A DNA stretch of 63,857 nucleotides from Sphaerodactylus townsendi (lineage: Eukaryota). How positions within the stretch are numbered: the first letter of the stretch is position 1; every line of letters begins with the position of its first letter. The stretch is taken from assembly GCF_021028975.2 (NCBI RefSeq), contig NC_059430.1, forward strand, positions 37,014,001-37,077,857, given 5' to 3'. Of this stretch, positions 1 to 11,486 are shown piece by piece. The notes beneath the pieces were generated by a model. That model saw only the letters and a list, made by a program, of their open reading frames with translations. It was not told the origin of the DNA and did no database searches. Made by a program: the position numbers and the translations under genes.

Positions 1-526
1 AAAGGTGTGCCTAAGGCAAAAAAAAAAAAGAAGGAAAAAGACTCGGGCAACTGGAAGGCAAACTCTGCCTGAGAAGAAATTCTGTGAAAAAAACACGAAG
101 GAATTCAGTGCAATGCAAAAAGGGAGACAGAACGGGAGACGCAGATTGCAGAGAACTGAATGATAAGGATGTGGGAACAAGTGAAGTGATCAGCAAGAAA
201 GAGGAGAAAGGCTCGGATTCCCCAAGAATGTTCCTTTGAAGGAGGGATCATACGTACAACCTTTTCCTGGCAGGAATCATAACACAGTGGTGGCATCAAT
301 GCCAACCAGGAGCCAGCAGAACAGCTGTTCTGAGCACAGTAATGTATCATCAGAAGGAGACCCATGAGCAAAGATGTTCATGTGCCATTTATGGTGGAGT
401 GGCTCCACAAAACCCATCTATTGCCAGTGATGTGCCTAATCCGAGCAGACTGCTTTTGCGACCAAGGCTTGGGTAACTGGATATGCTCAGAGGACTGCAT
501 CAGAGGTTACTGTCAGAATCCAAAAT

Positions 527-1190
527 GACCTTGACAGATGAGAGAGCTGGGCTAAAACTAACAAAACTGATTTCAACAGGGAGAAATGTAAGATTCTGCA
601 CTAAGGCAGAAAAAAACGAAATGCACAGATGTACGATGGGTGACACCTGGCTTGACAACAGTACATGTGAAAGGGATCTGGGAGTCTTAGTAGACCACAA
701 ACTGAACATGAGTCAACAGTGTGATGTGGTAGCTAAGAAAGCCAATGTGATTCTGGACTGCATTAATACTACAGTGTCTAGATAAACAGTACCAGTCTAT
801 TCTGCATTAGTCAGACCTCTCCTGGAATACTATGCCCTTCAATTCAAACACGTGCATGTCCAGAGGAGGGTGATCAAAATGGCAAAAGGGAATCCATGTC
901 CTAAGAGGACAGACTTGGGGAGCTGGGTATGTTTAGTCTGGAGAAGATTAAGGGGTGACATGATAGTCATGTTTCAGTATTTGAAGGGATGTTATGTTGA
1001 AGATGGAGCAAGCTTGTTTTCTGCTGCTGCAGAGACTGAGACACAGATTAATGGATTCAAACTATGAGAAAAGAGATTCTTAAACAGAGGCTGGATGGCC
1101 ATCTGTCAAGTGTGCTTTGATTGTGAGTCCCTGCATGGCAGGGGGTTGGGCTGGATGGCCCTTGTGACCTCTTCTACTCTAGGATTCTAT
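527..1190 (+). mobile_element. CR1 LINE 3' fragment
   Basis: ERDLGVLVDHKLNMSQQC and RRLRGDMI RT C-terminal motifs; ends in the ATTCTAT CR1 tail. Confidence 0.9.
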
Positions 1191-1749
1191 TTGTATTTGA
1201 GGGAGAGATTGACCCTTCACACTGCCACCTATATTTACCAATTATTTGTATCCATGGGCTGATAAGAGACCCATAAAATCAAACAGCAGAGACTTTCTAG
1301 GATATCTGTCTCTTTCTGAACTAGAATGGGATCCACATGTTTCCCTAGAGTAGTGGGATCCACTAGCTAGTGGAGCAAACCTTCAGTAAACAAAGCCAGA
1401 ATATTTGGATTTCCACAGAGAACCAGAATTGCTCTGTCAAAAGATATTTTATAGTTCACTACACTCATATACTATAATTGGGCGGGGGGGGGGGGGGGAC
1501 AATATATGTGTTTACAAAACATGTCCTAGCTGAAGACATGCTTACCCAGTCAGAAGTCAAATGCATCTCCAGAAAATCAAGGTGAGAATAGAACGTTGAA
1601 TGCTATAGGCTTAGGTACCTTAGGCACAACTAAGGTACCTCGTACAGCCAGGTGCATATTGACACTAATTATTTTGATAACTAGACTTAGTAAGAACATC
1701 TTCAAGTTTATTCTTTTTCATATACAATGTTGGATAGTGGGAAGAAGAG

Positions 1750-1952
1750 GCAGCATGGTGGAGTGGTTAGAGTGCTGGACCTGGGAAACCCAGGTTCAAA
1801 CTGCCATTCTGCCATGGAAGGCTGCTGGATGACTCTCACAGGCCCAACATACCTCAAAGGATTGCTGTGGGGATAAAATGGAGGAGGAGAGAATGAGGTT
1901 GCAAGAGGCTTATGGTACCTACTGGGAAGAAAAGCGGGATATAAATAAATTA
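1750..1952 (+). mobile_element. Old tRNA-derived SINE (Squam3/MIR-like)
   Basis: TGGTGGAGTGGTTAGAG A-box, GGTTCAAA B-box, ACCTCA..GG.TTG.TGTG core, (AAAT) tail. Confidence 0.7.
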
Positions 1953-3596
1953 TTTGGACAGACTGACATGAAAATTGTGATGAACCATCATAGGTCCTAT
2001 ATGGGGCTGCCACACAGCAAGCCCAGGTAAGTGCTCCATACCTTGAATGTCCTGGGACAATCTGCATGGAGACACAGGCTGCCTCTCCTTCCCCCTCTTC
2101 AAATATAGAGATAAATCTCATCTGTTTGCGGCTTTCTAGGCCGCTGGATTTCTTTGTTTAGGTAGAAGGTTCCAGAGGGTGGAACTGAGCTGCGCAGAAT
2201 TCTTTCTTCCCTCTCCCTCCTTGTTCCTTGGTGGACCCAGGAAAAGGTGCAGGTGGCACCTCCCTGGAGTTAATGGACTAGATGAGGTTGAAGTTCCCCC
2301 TATGTGGTGGAGTTCCTTGCTCCTTATTTTCCAGCGCAACCATCAAAGTAGACATGCAAACAGAATAAGCAACCAGGAACTGCTGCTAGGGAACAGGCAA
2401 CCACATACAGCCTCAAAGGCTTGATGGCTTTTAAATGTTCAGAAACCTTCTGTGGATTTCTGGAACTCATTTGCACACCGAATTCCTCTTTCCTCCCTGT
2501 TTGACTGCATAAGATCTTACAAATTGAAGCGAGGATCTTTGAAATTCCCCTCTTCTTCTTACCTTGGCTCTGGTTAACAAACAATATGAGGTCTAAAAAA
2601 AAAGAGAACAAGAAGAATTATGTATAGAAACGTTATATTATTAGACCTTCTTAACTCTATCTTAATAAACCACCATCTTTTGCATTCATCCTGTCAGAAA
2701 GAGCACCTAGAATCTGTAACCTGGAATGGCTTTACTACTGTTTGTCAAGTGAGTTACCACTCCTCACATTTGTTTCACTGGAAGGAAATACAAAAACAGT
2801 AATGATACAATATCATTCTATTTCCATACCTATCATTACATTTGACCATGTATATAGGATCTGAAGTAAGGGGACTGACCCAGCATAACCATTCACTCCT
2901 TTCAAGTGTAACCCTATTAAAATATGAACAAACTACCGACATAAAGGGAGACATTCAATGCACCCTAAATTTTAGTAACAGGAAATGAGTTGGTACACTT
3001 GCCAATGGGATGCGTACATCCTCTTGTTCTAAACATTAGGACTCCATTTCATCTTTCTCTGACTTGTACTTTTACTGTCAATACATCCACCAGACTCAGC
3101 AAGAAGGTTCAGTTTACCTACTCCACAAAGACATTAACTGGACAATGTTCTACATCTGCCACTCCTCTTCTACTGTGAGGGAACCATGGTACACCAACAT
3201 TTGTGACAACCAGCACCCAATCTCCTTTTCCTTCATGCCTTTCAGGAACCAAACTCCTGGATCCCTGATAACCTGCCAAAGATGGTGTGATGTCTCTGAC
3301 AAATCCTTTTACCTACAGGCTGCAGTGTCTTCCAGCTGCTCCTTCTTCTTGTCCATAAAATTTCTCTTTCCCTCTGACTATATAGCTCCCCTCTTTCAAT
3401 CGCTTTCCTCACATGTTCGCATAACCAATTTCTCACTCTACCTTCCTCTGTCATATAATCCCGCTCACCAGTACTGATCTACGCTTTTCATGGTTTTTTC
3501 ATGTGTGGTTTCCTAAAAGTACCAAGAGACACCCTTCTGGTGCTCTCTCTCTTCCTTCAAATCTACTAACTATGGCTGTTCTTGCTAGCTTTAGAT

Positions 3597-3764
3597 CAGG
3601 GGTGTCCAACTCTGGCGCCCCAGATGTTCACGGACTGTGATTCCCATCAGCCCCTGCCAGCATGGCCAAGTGGCAGAGACTGATGGGAATCAGTCCCAGC
3701 ATGGCAGGGACTGGTGGGAATTGTAGTCTATGAACATCTGAGGCACCAGAGTTGGACACCACTG
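3597..3764. mobile_element. Palindromic non-autonomous hAT MITE
   Basis: TIR CAGGGGTGTCCAAC...GTTGGACACCACTG; 8-bp TSD CTTTAGAT. Confidence 0.88.
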
Positions 3765-4993
3765 CTTTAGATTATCTTTGCCCCCCCCCCCTCAACTGTC
3801 CTGCTCTTTCACTTCATCCACACCTGGTCCATCTGTTTGTTGCCTACCACACCTCAATTTTGTTGTTGTTGCCTCTTTCCCTTTCCCCAACTCTCTGCTG
3901 ATTTTGTCTTCTTCACATAGTCTATGTTTCTGCATCTCAAACACTTCCAGGCCCTCACTCACTCTCTCCCATACTGAGAGGAGGAGGCGGCTGAAAAGAA
4001 TTTGCTGCTGACCGCTGCATTGCTAGGAGGCAAACACATGCCTGGCCTTGTGCAGGCCAGTTTCCGCCTGAGTGCCCCAAGTCACATATCCCCAGCATCA
4101 TCTCCAGCACTGAGAAAACAGATGGTATAATAAATGAGTGCAGTCTGATAGGGGGGTGAAGGGGGTGCCGGCCGAGGAGAACCCCCCACTCAAACATGCA
4201 AATACTTGAGTTTGCAGTACTAGGATTACCTTGTATCCATTCAGCATCCTTTCTATCACTGGAGAGTAAAAGAACAGTTAAACTCTCAGCCAAGTGTTAA
4301 ATGGAGGACACAGAGGCAAGAGTATGCACTAGGAAATAGGAGGAGGAGACTTTCAGGATGGAGCCAACGGTTCATAACAATCTGCATGATAGGTGAGAAT
4401 CACAGAGAAACTAAGGGGACAGTATATATTTGGCTTAATATAAGGGCATGGGAACATACACAGCAGCTCAAATTCTTTGCCTTTCCCAGGCTTTTGATAA
4501 TGAACCGCATAGGTAGTGGCTATAGGCCCATATGCCAGTGTGTCAAGATATATGCTTTTGAACTTGGTAGAAGAAGAGAGGTACATATAGTTGCCTGCTG
4601 CCCAGAAGCCTCTGCTCTGGCGATGTGCTTTACCCAATCTCTTCTGCAAGCCTCTGTCACTTCTGTTTAGTCATGTCTTCTATCTGTGAGAACAAGTGAA
4701 AGCCACACCACTAGACTGACTTCAGTGACAGAGCTATCGGCAGCAGAAGTAGCAGCAGCTGTGACTCAATCCTTGCCCAAGAGAAACGTCCTCGGGCTTT
4801 CAAGCATGAGGAGACCATGGAAAATGGAAGCAGCTTTGTTTTGAGGCTCAGCTTTTGACACAGACACATAATACTCTCCCACTAAGACGAAGTTAAACCG
4901 ACTACATTGGCTGTAATCACACATTCGGCCTTAAATGCTCACTCAACAGCTTTCTTTTGAGCCTTGTTCTTTATCTCAGTATCTCTTTTAAAC

Positions 4994-5061
4994 CTTCAGT
5001 GCCAGATTCCCAAATTGATTCTCAAGCTTCAGTGCCAGATTCCCAAATTGATTCTCAAGCT
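4994..5061. repeat. Perfect 33-bp tandem duplication
   Basis: CTTCAGTGCCAGATTCCCAAATTGATTCTCAAG x2. Confidence 0.9.
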
Positions 5062-5481
5062 GAACATTTAATCAACCCAAGGAGCTGAGAAGAACCCTGG
5101 ATTGTATCAATCTACATTTTGTAATGCTGGAATTGTAAGCAAATCAGCTCCGCAGACTGACCTATCTTTGTTTCTCTAATCACGTGTAGATTCCTCAAGC
5201 CAAAGATCTGTGTCCACCTCAATTTACCCATATTCTCATATTCACATGATGAGCTTGAATTAGCTTCTTCTTGCATACATTCTAGCTAATGACACCAGTC
5301 AACCAACATAAATACTATGATAACAAAGGATGCCCTGTCTGACAGGCTGCCAATAGTGGAAACAGGGCAATGAGGCACACATGCCTACAAAAGCTCCAAA
5401 TATTTGGATCCGCTCCTGCCACATAAATAAATCTTGCATAAAAACCTATTAGGGGGGCTCTTAGTGAAGAGATAAGACAGC

Positions 5482-5603
5482 TGGTTGTGGTGGGTTTTCC
5501 AGGCTGTGTGGCCGTGGTCTGGTGGATTTTGTTCCAGCATCTGTGGCTGGCATCTTCAGAGGTGTATCACAGAGGAAAGTCTGTTACACACTGTGTGTGT
5601 AAC
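5482..5603 (-). mobile_element. Penelope-like element terminal fragment (hammerhead motif deleted)
   Basis: Homologous to 43679-43781; 12-bp TSD AGATAAGACAGC; terminal hairpin TCTGTTACACA...TGTGTAACAGA. Confidence 0.75.
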
Positions 5604-7409
5604 AGATAAGACAGCCTTACAACAGATAATGTTTGATATACTAATTTCCACTGAGACATTGGAAGGCAGGAAGCATCTCTTCTGCTGAGCTATGCCAGCC
5701 AACCTCTTGTTCTTCAGTCTTTTCAATTGTATTTGTGGAGTGAGATATGCAATAGTGGCTAAGGTAACTCAGGGAATGTAATGCTCCCCCGCTCCCCAGG
5801 CCAGGTTTCCTTCCTTTGCCAGCCAGAGCTATTGTCTTCTCTCCCTTCTCCGGAGACACCATTGATTTGTGCTGTGCATGGACCCAAGGACCCGATTCTG
5901 CTTCTGAAGAACCATTCATACTGGAATACAGATGAATGTGGCACACCACACTGGAAGCCTGGTATGATCGAGAGTAGCACACTGGATGGGGATCTGTATA
6001 TATGATTTTTTTAACCTGGCTTCATTTGTCCATTACCACAATATACACAGTGCTCTATATATACACACCAGAAGCCAGGAAATGTGTGACACAATAAGCA
6101 GTCACAGACCGAACTATTTCATTGCTCTACATTCCTGTTTCAAAGCATGACTTTTAGCTTTGTTCTTTTGTCAGCTTGCTATTTTATGTCCCTGCCAAAT
6201 ATTTATCATGCTGATGGGAATTAAACAAATGAGGGATGATGCACACTTCGTTAGGGTCCAAGATTGTTCTGCTTACAAAAGTTTACCTGACTTGAGTCTA
6301 CAGTTTTCCTTGTCACCTATGTAATTAACTTGTCACCTATGTAATTTAGTTTTTTGTAATACTAAATATCGTGGTACTCTTATTACCCATGGAATTTATC
6401 ACAATGTCTAAAGCTGGATTATTAGAAGAAATATAAAATAGATTTTTTTTCCCTGGGAAATCCTCAAAATAGGCATGTTTTCTTTTTAAAAAGTCTTTCT
6501 TCCAGCCATTCTGTGATTAATCTGCATGTTTTTCAAATCACTGGCTAACGACAAAGATTCACCTACATATCTGAAACACTATTTTTGACTTAAGATGGCC
6601 AGAGCTTTCAGTACTAAAAGAAAAAAGATATACACCAGTTGTTAAGTGCCTGGAACCTATACCTACTTGGATACAAAGCAACTGGAGAAGGGTAGAATTT
6701 ATCAAGCGCACAATTAAAACCTGGTTTGCTTATGTTAAAAAGTCACCCAAGACTTATTCCAAAAATGGTCATTCAGTGTTGTCTGTGATTTCTGACTCTG
6801 CAGCTCAACCAAAAGCAGTGTGGTCTCCAATACTGCAAATCTTGCTCAGTGAATAAGTTGGATGACCTTCTCTCATAAGCACAGAGCAGCTGCCAAAGGG
6901 AGAAACCTAAAAGAGAATTCCAGAAGGATATTCACTGTGAAAATCAGCTTTTAGTTTTGATTCACATCTGCAGGACGAGTTGGCAGAAAGGATTGTATCA
7001 TTTCAGGTGGAAGATGACAGCGTGGAAGGCTGTTTCAAATATTCCAGTTTTATTTTTAAAAAACCTCAGTGCAAATAGAAAACTAGCACTATCACAACTC
7101 CTTTTGTTTGCAAAGCTGATTTTCTATTTGCAGGATTTTTTTTAACATAGGAAAGCATTCCAAAATATGATCTTCCACGAGCAAGCCGAAGTGGTATGGT
7201 CCACCGTATCACCTGCACATCAGCCACCTCACTGGCTGAAGCAGGCCCTCTTTCCTAAATATTATATTTTAGTTTAAACTTCCTTCAATTACTTCAGGAC
7301 TTTTGAAAATGCTATATTTTGCTGATTTAAAAGGCAGCTGCATTGTAGGCAATTAGAAGTCTATTTACCTGCAACAACTACAAGAAATTCATCAGTTCTG
7401 GTTTTTTGA

Positions 7410-7609
7410 TTCCCTCCTGGGGGGCAGGATCGGACGCCATCCATAACTCGTGGGTGGGCTTTATTGTTGCTACTGATTTTACTGTATTTTATTGAATTTT
7501 AACTGAATTATTTGATTTGTCCTTTTGTAATCTGTTGTCTATTATCTGTTTGTGTGTGGTAAACCGTTCTGAGCCCTTTGGGGGTAGAGTGGTCCATCAA
7601 GTAGAATTA

Positions 7610-7610
<1 letters not shown>
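7410..7610 (+). mobile_element. L2-type LINE 3' UTR fragment
   Basis: CCGTTCTGAGCCCTTTGGGGGTAGAGTGG 3' motif shared, in reverse complement, with L2 copies at 22.3, 24.1 and 34 kb. Confidence 0.6.

Positions 7611-7680
<70 letters not shown>
7610..7680. repeat. (ATG)n microsatellite
   Basis: About 23 perfect units. Confidence 0.98.
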
Positions 7681-8364
7681 AATTTTAGCCGCCCAAGAGC
7701 AAGCCATTAGAACAAATTCGATCAAGGCCAAAATCAAAAAATCCTCAGATGATGCAAAATGCAGATTGTGCAAAGAAGCTGATGAAACAGTAGATCATGT
7801 CCTCAGCTGCTGCAAAAAGATTGCCCAGACTGAGTACAAACAGAGTACAAACTGAGTACAAACACAACACAGTGGCCAAGATGATCCACTGGAATTTATG
7901 CAAGAATTACAACATAAGAACAGCTAAGAACTGGTAGGAACATTGTCCAGAGAAAGTAATGGAAAATGAGAAGGTCAAGATCCTGTGGGACTTTTGAGCC
8001 CAAACCAACAAAGTGTTGAAACACAATACACCAGACATCACCGTGATCGAGGACAAGAAAGTGACTATCATCGACATAGCAGCTTCAGTGTCTATGGCAC
8101 AAACCAGCTGAGGTCGTCCCAGTGGTAATCGGCATGCTGGGCGCCATCCCAAAAACACTAGGGCAGCACTTGAAACATCTTTGAATTGACAAAATTAACA
8201 TCTGTCAAATTCAGAAGACAGCCCTGCTGGGATCCGCACGAATACTACGCCATTACAACTTCCTAAGCCTCTGGGTGAGGCTCGAATTGTAATGAAGGCC
8301 AACAACCAGCTAAAGATCTGGCAGCTGTGAAATCTACAACAACAACAACAATAATAAGAAGAAG
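7679..8364 (+). mobile_element. R4/Dong-clade (Rex6-like) non-LTR retrotransposon, 5'-truncated
   Basis: ILAAQEQAIRTN, CCHC finger CRLCKEADETVDHVLSCC, KILWDF and NTPDITVIEDKKVTIIDIA restriction-like endonuclease motif; (CAA)(TAA)(GAA) tail. Confidence 0.85.
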
Positions 8365-10458
8365 TAATGTAGAGATGTAACAACTACCCAGATATAAACA
8401 CCATACACGTGCAGAGGTCTGCAACGTGAAAGCTTGTCTAATGTTGGCCATTTCTTCTGTAAATGATCACTTTCCAACAGGAACTAGTGATGTGCACTTT
8501 TCCAGAACTTAGTCACAGTTCCCGTTACTAACTCCATGTTGTTCTGGTTCATACTCAAGTGGCTTGAACAAGGCTTATCAAATTGACCATTTTCTCAATT
8601 CTTGCTTGATACACACAATTTATTACATTGTCCTTATAAATACTGCCGGATTCTGATTTGTTTTCCAGTATCAAGGAAAAAAGCAGAAGTTCCAGGCTTC
8701 TCTTTGATGGACAGAAAAGAAAAAGACAACCATGTAGGGGAGGAGATATAACAAGGCTGTAACAAGAAAAGGAGATGAACTTTCTCCCTGAAAAGACATG
8801 AATATCCCAAGAACAGGAGGTGCCACTGTAGCTGCCACCACTCAACCAGAATCCAGTGTGCAGGGAAGACACCTTCACTTCCCCAATACCTGAAGCTACT
8901 TGAGGAAAAGATGAACTTGGAGGTGCTGTCTCCCCTCCCCAACAAGTGCCCAACACAACTGCTATAATAACTTACGATCCAGCGGTTCTTCATCTATTCA
9001 CATATTGTTTTGGATCACATGAATTGCAGGAAAGAATAACATAAGAAGAAGCTGTCCTTAATGGATGAAGAACTGATTCCCCTAGATAATGACATTAAGC
9101 CTGCAATCTCCATAGTTACAGCCATTCACTCCTTCCACCTCTTTATATTTTGATGGAAGAAAATAATGGGCATAACTGGCAACACTGACTAGGAAAAATA
9201 ACAGAAAGAATACACTGACAATGAATGGAAAAGAGTCCACCAGAACTGGACAGACACAATATAGAGGTTTTTCTATTATCAGTGGGCTATACAAATGTTT
9301 CCAAAGAACTTCAAATAAAGAATGAAACAGTTGCTCCTTCAGTTGTGAGAAGAAAAATAGTATTTGGGACCCAAGCACAATTTCCCCCCGCTAACATAAG
9401 CGCGCACACACAAATAAAACAAAAGTTGCAGAAAGAACGGGAATGTAACCCCCCGTTTCCCCCCGACAGCACCTGTGTCAGAATCTTGCTTGCTCTTTAG
9501 AGACAGCTTCAGATGGAAATTCATTAGATGATTCCAGCAACAGTCTTACTAATACTGCCTTTAATTACTATCTTTTTGGCATTGCTCAGATCTACCGACA
9601 CACAACCCCTCCCTCACTTCTTACTCATTCAATGTACACAAAACAAGTTCATTCAGCTCTTTTCACTTTAAAGGGCAAGTAGTACTCAAGTAGTTTATTC
9701 AGTAAAAGGGCCATGTTAAACAATTGCACGTTAAATACATACTAAAATGTATTCAACAGATTTTTTAGCCTTTAATCAAGAGCAAAGTCCATAGCAAATC
9801 ATGCACAATTTCCCAGGAAAATATTCTATACAAATCTTGATGAAATAAATGGGTTTTTCAAGCACACTATTATACAACTCCTATTCATTTTAATGGGCTG
9901 GATGCAAAAGTTCATGGAACATGTATGACATACCACTAGTCAGAGATATGTAGAGTTCTTTGATAAGATGGGCTGGGTATTGCTTTCACTATACTTATCC
10001 AATTTCTCCCTTGTTGGCATACGTTGATAGACTTATTGAAAGTCATAAGCCTTCCCCATTTGGAATGGCATTTAATAAGTGGTGTTAAACTTTATATGTA
10101 TGAATGCATTTAGCTGAGATTGTATCAACATTGCTGGAATAGTGTGGATTTTGAAATGCCATATTTTTAGACTTCATTTTATACACAACATGTTACGACC
10201 TGCTCTGAGCCATTGAATAAGGAAGAATAAAATATCAGAATAACTATGTTATGACAAGCCTTTCCAGCATAATCCCGCAATTCAAAAATCATGCCTCCCA
10301 AAATTGATTCTTTACATACTACAGTGGAATCAGACACCCAGTAACAATCACTGCATATGATAATTATTTAAAAGAAGAAAAAGAAGAAGACAATATTTAG
10401 TGAAAGCAAGCTTTTTTAACTTGCAGGTTCTTTTGACCCAACATGAGACCGTGTATGG

Positions 10459-10604
10459 CAGTCGTGGCGAACCTTTGGCACTCCAGATGTTATGGACTAC
10501 AATTCCCATCAGCCCCTGCCAGCACGGCCAATTGGCCATGCTGGCAGGGGCTGATGGGAATTGTAGTCCATAACATCTGGAGTGCTAAAGGTTCGCCACC
10601 ACGG
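10459..10604. mobile_element. Palindromic hAT MITE
   Basis: Near-perfect 146-bp palindrome; TSD GTGTATGG/GTTTATGG. Confidence 0.9.
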
Positions 10605-11238
10605 GTTTATGGCATGTTGTACAAAGCTATTAAAGGTAACTGTTCCCTGACACCACATCCCCAGTTTAAATGATCTGGGCACCAGCAGAGGGCAGTGCAT
10701 TCTCAAATTATACAGTGTAGAGAGGAAAAAAGCCCTTGGCAGCCAAATAGCTTCCAACAGCCAAAAAAAAAAAAAAATCAAAATAAGCACTACATTTGGA
10801 CAAGTCAGGAATAGAGATCAGTGTTGGTAGTAATGCTGCAGAGCTTCAAGCTATGAAAGCTAACCAGTTGGCTTCCGATTTAAGAGAAAAAAAACCTCAT
10901 GGCTGCACTTTATAGTACCATGGTTCTTTTGCATGCCTTTAGCACCTTCTTGAGTATCTCACACAGTACCTCCGTCTGATAGTTAAATTCTACCTGCCTG
11001 GCTGGACTGATGTGCACAGATCGCTATGCTGTCTGTCACTTCTTTAGATGTGATCTGTTTTGGAAAATTCCTCACAAGAGTTGAAAAAGACATACTTTCA
11101 CAATATTTAAACGGTGTATTTATGAGGGGGGGGGGGGGAATCTTGCCCAACACATTTTTTAAAAATAAAAAACTCCAGACAGGTTAGACCAGAACTAATA
11201 AATCACAAATAATAATCAGAGAAAACTGATTTCAACAG

Positions 11239-11244
11239 TTTATT
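11239..11244 (-). terminator. Candidate IFT27 polyadenylation signal AATAAA
   Basis: First AATAAA on the minus strand, about 145 nt after the stop. Confidence 0.5.
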
Positions 11245-11387
11245 TTTGTCTTTGTCAGTATTATTTGAATGAGATACTCCTTAAGGCAATAACGGCTCCC
11301 ATGCCATCTAGTCTTTGATAGGTATACAGTTCATTATTTCTAGGCTCAAAGAAAGGAAATCAGTTAGGCAGGCTATACTCAGTAGAC

Positions 11388-11486
11388 TCACACAAGCGAG
11401 TGGAAGATTTCCACCTTCTCTTTGTACAATCGATGAAATGAGTTGGCCATAATGCGAAAAGGGACTTCATAATTTTCCATCTCTTT
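11388..11486 (-). CDS. IFT27: IFT27 last coding exon ([10 protein letters not shown]...FHSLV*)
   Basis: T-tract plus CAG acceptor, TGA stop at 11390-11388. Confidence 0.97.
   Translation of the reverse strand, partial: KEMENYEVPFRIMANSFHRLYKEKVEIFHSLV

Noticed and set aside
2324-2611. Minus-strand ORF with a T-tract/AG acceptor and hydrophobic C-terminus, resembling a terminal exon
   Set aside because: No recognisable homology or partner exons; IFT27 is already complete at 11388
7517-7855. ORF with a poly-Met run
   Set aside because: Translation of an (ATG)n microsatellite fused to an R4 retrotransposon fragment
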